DNA from: Lingula anatina
Taxonomy: Eukaryota > Animalia > Brachiopoda
Length of the DNA: 64,000 nucleotides
Direction: 5' to 3'
NCBI GenBank assembly: GCA_051362555.1
Contig: CM120647.1
Coordinates: 11,446,651-11,510,650, forward strand
Shown: positions 57,901 through 64,000 of the stretch, one piece after another
Layout: each line of letters opens with the position of its first letter
Position numbering within the stretch: the first letter of the stretch is position 1
The notes under the pieces: model-generated
The model's input: the letters and a program-made list of their open reading frames with translations, nothing else
The model's database searches: none
What the model was told of the DNA's origin: nothing
Program-made: the position numbers and the translations under genes

Positions 57901-60900
57901 GCTGTTTTTTCACTTTTCAGCATATTTTTCACATTTCCTCAGATTCAATTCTTAGGCATGTTAACAGTCTCATTATTAAACTAATAAGATACGTAAAAGT
58001 TTTTGTTTGACATTTCCTGCATCTTTACAACATTGTTAGTTGATTTTGTAAAAATGATGGTAAACTTGTTATCATGTATTGTGTAATAAAGTTTCAAAAA
58101 TGGAAATAAACTCATATCATTCGGTTTGTCAGATTCAATCATTCACTATGTTCAGAATCTCAGAATGGAAGAAATTGGACATTTAACACTGCTCTGTTGA
58201 TATTTTTCCCATCTCATCAATTTTCTTAGTTGATAATATAAAAATGGCAGTAAACTGTTAATTTTGTTTTATGTTAAAAATTGTTAAAAATGGGAAAAAT
58301 AACATTTCAGAACAGTGCTGTCTTGTTTACATTTTGGCATTTTCAAGTTGTGACTTTGAAGTTCCATGGGCCTGAAGACCTTTGCTAGTCACATTTTCTG
58401 AATATCCATGATACTAATATTTTATTCTTAAAAATTGATGGTCATCATGCTGTTAAACATTATGTAATATTGCATCAAAATTTGAAAAAAACCTATTTTG
58501 GGCACTGCTCCCATGATGACCATTTAAGAAAAACCATGTCACTTACTGTTCTCAAACAGTACAGTAAATATATACAGATGTGTCTGTACATATTGCCATC
58601 ACCTGCGTCTGTCGTCGCCGTCGCCGTCGTTGCCGTGCACTTTCCTTGTAAACACGATAAGTGGAAGGCAGTTTTACTTTTTGGCTTTATATTTACAGAG
58701 CTGATGAATATTCATAAAACGCAGGTCAAGTTCTAAAATCAGCATGATCGGACCATTATTGTAGAAGTTATGCTGTTTTTTCACTTTTCAGCACATATGC
58801 AACACTGTAAACACATTTCAAGGAAAACCGATAGGCCTGTTGTCGTGAAACTCTCAGGAATAATCGATCTTACTAAAACGGAGGTCAAGTTCGAAAAACG
58901 GCATGCAGCCTGAGTTGGAAAAGCAGTCTAATTGGCTTCTTTTTCTGGAAGTTATACATTTTCAAAGTGTGAACTTGAACTCTCATGGGCCTGAAGCCTT
59001 ATGCTTGTTACACATTTTACTTTCATTGGTATTACCTGTTGAGCATAATTAAAATTTGATGTTGAATTTACAGTTTAACATAATGTACTTTTGCATCTGA
59101 ATTGACAGTAGCCTATTTTGTGCATAGTTATTTCCTGCTTTTTGTCTGTACATTTGACAGCTTTGCTGCCTTGTATTTACTTAAGACTAATATTGCTTAT
59201 GATTTCTACCAAATTTTCATGTTTTGTTGATTTTAAAATTTTATTTTGCTAATTTCTCTATAGATGTCTCATTCTTTGTATTTTTATCTGAACTAATGCA
59301 CAAGCTCCTCACAGATCTAAACTGAAGTAAGCTTAGCATGTGTGCCTTGACTTGGTATTTTATTTAAATTTTTACTCGGTTTTTTGAAAATGAAGAATAA
59401 TATGGGGTTTTATTTTGTCCCCTGTCCCCCAATGTACGTTTATAAAAGGAACATTTGAGAATTTTTGAGGTCAAAACCTTATGCCTTCTTTACAAAAGAA
59501 AAAAAAAACTTCAATGTTACATATGCAATGTTCAGTTTGTATACATCTTTACTGATATTCATTATTTCAGATGAATGGCCCTTCTGACACGTATTCCGCC
59601 ATATCTCAGGTCGACAGACAGCGCCAAGAGCCAGAAAAGATCCGCCTCTGGAGAGAACAGCAAAAAGAACGTCTGGAAAAGAAAGGTTTGTCACTCTAGG
59701 CTTCATGTTGGCACAGAGAGAGAGAGCAAACAGTTCTTCCAATGAAGAAAGAGTCTTTTGCAGTCTGTGCCAACATCTTTTTAGTCTTTTTACCCTTCAG
59801 TATGCCAGGGTTTATGAAACCACTGGCTCTTAAGTAGATCTAAAATTTGAAAATGTTTTTTGTTAAGAAGTATTGATTCTCCTTTTGTTTGAAGAAAAAA
59901 AAAAGTACAGTAGTGCATTGTTTCAGATAATTATTTTTGACAATATATTTTGAGAAAATGTAAATCATGCAGCTGTGGATTAAACTAAAAAAAAATAATA
60001 AATAAGATAACAATGATAATAAAGTAATAAAACTAAAGTTTGGAGGACTATATGTTTGGTAAAAATCTCATGGAGCACATGATTCTTAATGTTACCAACT
60101 TTTGTATTCCAGATGCAGACGAGGCAGAGAAGAAGGAAGAGTGGCGTGAGGCGGCCAAGAAAGAGATGGAAGACTGGTATAAACATAGGGCGGAGCAACT
60201 TCAGAAGACAAAGGAGACAAACAGGTCTGTGTGTGTGTATGTGTGTGTGTGCGTGCGCATGTGTGCAACAAAAAAAAAAAAAAAAGGAGACTGTAATTGC
60301 CTGGAGAAATGGATGATTGAGTGTGAATTTGATTGCGTGCATGTGTACATGCGTGTGTAAAAAAGCTACGGAAGACAGAGACAAACTGGCTTTTTGGTTA
60401 GGGGAATTGTTTATTTGTATATCGCCTCAACCATCTATTGAAGTGAACATGTTATAGGATATTTTCAAAAATTGGGAACCTGATTTATTTTCCTGTTTGT
60501 TTTTTCAAAAATGGATTTTTTTAAAAATCATATGCAAGCAACATATTTCATGCACTGAAAGATAAATTATGTTTTTTATTTTACAATTTTTTGTTAGACT
60601 GTCAATCCAGAATTGACTTCATTTGTGTGTACTTGGTTGTTTTGTGGTTTAGCTTTGATTTTTGAATTTTGTCACTCAGACTACTGCAGGAGAAACGGGG
60701 GTAAGAATGGAAGGCATGGGTACAGGGTTTATACAAAGTTTATTTATCTATCATTCTGGTGAAGGAGAGGTTTTAAAAACTGCACAATGTTTTAAGGACC
60801 TTCCTAAAAAGCTGCCTTTAGGGAGCATACTACAAGCATGAATGGATGTGAGAGCTGAAGACAGAAAACTGGTTGATAAGAATATTTCATGGGTTGAATC

Positions 60901-61943
60901 ATTCTGCTAGTACCATTGCATGCTGATACGCCTCAACTCACCTGACTACTGCAGATTTAGTGAAGTTTTTGTACAAAGTCAACATTGGCTAAGAGCAGAG
61001 AATGCAAAATAAATAAATAAATAACTAAAAGAACTGATTTCTTTAATTTAAAATGTTTAATCTTCTTCAAATTTTCCTCTTGTTGTTGTGGTTTGCTATC
61101 GTAGGCATCCTTCAGACCTCCAGTCACAAGGATTCCTTGCCATTTCTTCCAGGACCATTTTTTTTTCACAATCCAAAGCCATGTTTGAAGACTTTATATG
61201 ATCATTTTGTTGTTTGATATCTTAAATAATATGTGAATGGTGAATGCAAATATGTATGAGTATAATTGAGAAAGCAAAATGAAGACACGTCTCGGGTTTT
61301 GTTTGTTGTCGCATGTCTGCCATTATTTCTGGCCCCACTCTCCACCATGCTTTTACACGAAGGTGTGCGACTTTTGGCTCTCTCATATGGTTCCCATCAA
61401 ATATTCCTGACTACTAGTAGGTTCCAGGTCGCTTACTTCCCCCATTCTTTTCTGTATCATACACAACAGATTTCTGTTGATATTCATCTGTGAGTGGAGG
61501 GTTCTTGATATTGAACATTTTATGGGTATTTTTATCAATTTTATGGGTTTTTTTTTTCTTTCCCCTATTTCATGCTGTATTTATTATTTTACACTTTAAA
61601 ATACATAAATTTTGGAAATCGCGTTAAGGAAAAAGTTTTAAACTCCAATGATTTGCATTTTAAATGCAAAAATGCATGAAAGCAGAACTATAAGTCAACA
61701 TGGGATTCTGCACTTGGTGTTCGACTTGAGTATTATCATCTGAAACCTAAGACATTTTTTCTCTATTCTAGAGCTGCGGAGGCAGATTTCGTCAAAGAGC
61801 GAGATGAAACAATTCCAGGAGGCGAGTGGGAGAAGATTTGCCGACTGTGCGAGTTCAATCCTAAAGGTTCCAAAACTACAAAAGATATTTCCAGAATGCG
61901 TTCCATCTTACTGCAACTAAAGCAGACACCATTAGTCAGATAG
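53891..61943 (+). CDS. Clc: Clathrin light chain; exons 53891-54056, 54402-54448, 54992-55039, 55830-55889, 59571-59685, 60113-60224, (60680-60700 optional), 61772-61943
   Basis: Conserved CON segment EADPAAAFLAREQDELAGLEDD, heavy-chain-binding helix EPEKIRLWREQQKERLEKKDADEAEKKEEWREAAKKEMEDWY, and C-terminus GGEWEKICRLCEFNPKGSKTTKDISRMRSILLQLKQTPLVR. All GT-AG junctions are in phase (720 nt, 239 aa without the microexon). Confidence 0.96.
54925..54965. repeat. (TTTA)n microsatellite
   Basis: Direct reading. Confidence 0.9.
56384..58905. mobile_element. Tandemly duplicated (about 1281-bp period) Helentron-like non-autonomous element in CLC intron 4
   Basis: Two near-identical units start at 56384 and 57665, each with the perfect hairpin TATGTACAGACACA-GA-TGTGTCTGTACATA. 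They contain (GATGGC)n/(GTCGCC)n microsatellites and a repeated CAGGTCAAGTTCGAAAA core. Inner sub-copies restart at 57304 and 58577. Confidence 0.8.
60680..60700 (+). CDS. Candidate 21-nt frame-preserving microexon of clathrin light chain (adds LLQEKRG)
   Basis: T-rich tract and CTCAG acceptor, exon ACTACTGCAGGAGAAACGGGG, strong GTAAGA donor. It is phase 2/2, compatible with the flanking exons. Confidence 0.7.
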
Positions 61944-64000
61944 ATGGCAGTAACTGCAGCTTAGAAAGACTGTCTTGGAAATAAATGTGGTAGTTTCATG
62001 TAAAGCCCGTCTTGGAGAGGCCCCCATGTGGAGATATTTGTGAAATGTTATAGGTGGGGCCACAATATGAGTTTATAAATGTATAGAGCCATAATACATG
62101 TCAATATGTAATGTATAATAGAAAGACTGTAGATGTGAGTAATGTGTAGAAATTTACAATATCTATCAATTTAAACAATATCATATCTTCCCCAGTGCGC
62201 ATCACTGGAAGTTACAGTGTTACATGTAACTTCACCCATTTATTTTTAAACAATGAACCGCGTTAAAGTTGTGGTAGAAATTATACAACAGAATTGTCTG
62301 TTTTGTGAAGTTCAAAAATTATGTAATATAATTGTGGTAAAACAAGAATGTAAAGATTACTTTTAGAGGTAAATGAGTTTTAAGATTCTTTGATCTGAAT
62401 AAATGAAGTTTACATTACTAACAAGAACTTTCTATATGTGAACAGCATAACAGCTATAATTGAACTGACACGATTCTGTTATAAGGTTTTATTACAATTT
62501 CCATCATAAATTACAATATCAAATAAAAAGAAACTTGTGGCCAGACAATGAACACTGATATTTCAGCAGATAAAGTGATGACTTTTTCAATGTACCAAAG
62601 CTTTACTGATCAACACCAATCTTCACAAATTATCACGCTTAAACATATTTTTTAATTAAAATATCTTTTTATTGTGCAATGTTGAGAAGTTTGCCTTTCT
62701 GGCATTATTCCTCACATAATGATATATCACCCGTCACATCAAGCACCTCAAGATCAAGTTATAAAGATTTCTTACGTACACAGATTCCATACATTCATGT
62801 AAAGGAATTGATTGTCCAATTTATGCCATATGCAAGACAGATGGTTTGGGCTTGGCTTGTTTCTTATCTCAGTATTGTGCACCCGCTATTTTAGCACAGT
62901 TTCGTACCACGTAACAATACCAAGTAACCCAAGATCAGCATATAATTCCTTCTAAGTGACAAATAGCATCCAGGATGACAACATAGGATATATACATAAT
63001 GTACACAGTTGCTGTGAGTAAAAGCTTGTTTCAGGACGGCACATTGTTTTGTTCGTGCATGCTGGGAGAACAGTGCCTGCTGGGATGTCAGATGAGAAAT
63101 GATAATGAAAGGACACAAAAAGCTCAGGGTAACAATGCGTTACAGGATTTGAGAGAAAGCATGTTCATATTTAACAGAACAATAAGGCACTTGTCAGAAA
63201 GCAAACATGAAGGATATGATTTATGACAGAGAAGGTGAGATGATTTATCTGGGTTTGATATGTTGTGGACCTCTTAATACGAGTTCTTACTAAAAAAAAA
63301 AAGTCGTATAATTCTTAATTTCCCTGAATCTAGCGATGAGATTTAAAAGTGTATGTAATACTACAGTCATTCTTAGCCCCAGAATACATCAACATAGTGT
63401 TTTATATTCTGTCAGAGGTATCAGTAAAAGTTATCACTACTGTAACAGGCATGCCAACTGATAACGCAAGTATAGATCTGCTAAGGTTGACTCTTTAAGA
63501 TCAACTTTATTGTCTGTGCAAAAAACACTGAAACCACAAACCTTCACTCCAACGGTGTTTGGAATAAATTAGTTCACAGCAAAAACAGTCTGATGACCAG
63601 TTATTAAAAGATTTTATTGAACCAATTCCTTTAATTTCATCAGCAGAGATTCGATTTTCACTGGCATTTAGCATAGTGTAAGTGTCAATACTGCACGCAT
63701 ACTAAATTTTGTATCAATATATACTGTGACAACTCTTCAATATATTTTGTATCAATGTTCACATATTTTAAACATTTCAGTTGACATACCTGCTAAAATC
63801 ATTTTCCCTTCAGATTTGACAACGTAAAATAAATGTATTAAGTAAAACACTATTAATCATGCTACAAAATAAAAATTGCACAAATCAAAGATTGGAGATG
63901 AAATTGTCAATGAGTAATATTTCACCTTTTCCTTGCTTTGGACTTCAGGCAATGCTAAAGTTCACCCAAAACCTAAATTTTGTTAGCCCTGGCTTTAGGG

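Noticed and set aside
57305-57955. 216-aa ORF, plus similar ORFs at 56363 and 58470
   Set aside because: These are translations of the tandem Helentron-like repeat inside a clathrin intron. The peptides are internally repeated and show no transposase or other domain.
56384-58905. CRISPR-like recurrence of a palindromic about 30-bp sequence
   Set aside because: The intervening sequences are hundreds of bp long and themselves repeated, the context is a eukaryotic intron, and there are no cas genes.
61944-64000. Possible additional gene at the right end
   Set aside because: It is AT-rich UTR-like sequence with AATAAA at about 62398 and 62522. The short ORFs there show no coding features.

Overview
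This is eukaryotic DNA: AT-rich, with spliceosomal introns, microsatellites and MITEs. The repeat style and gene content suggest a marine invertebrate, probably a lophotrochozoan such as a mollusc (inference). The left third (1-18 kb) holds a cluster of four single-coding-exon, type II membrane, Golgi-like proteins. Three are recent paralogues of an uncharacterised family with a GT-B-like C-terminal signature; one of these is inverted and runs off the window edge. The fourth is a GT31 beta-1,3-glycosyltransferase whose DxD motif is altered. The region 18-42 kb has no recognisable coding exon, but it carries candidate non-coding exons and TF-site clusters upstream of a 618-aa, largely disordered single-exon ORF. 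The right third is a compact housekeeping block reconstructed exon by exon. POLR3K (-) lies head-to-head with SNRNP25 (+), the same arrangement as in human 16p13.3. A stand-alone NHL-repeat gene (-) lies head-to-head with clathrin light chain (+), which has a candidate 21-nt microexon at the site of the vertebrate neuronal insert and a tandemly amplified Helentron-like repeat in intron 4. No rRNA, tRNA or CRISPR array was seen.
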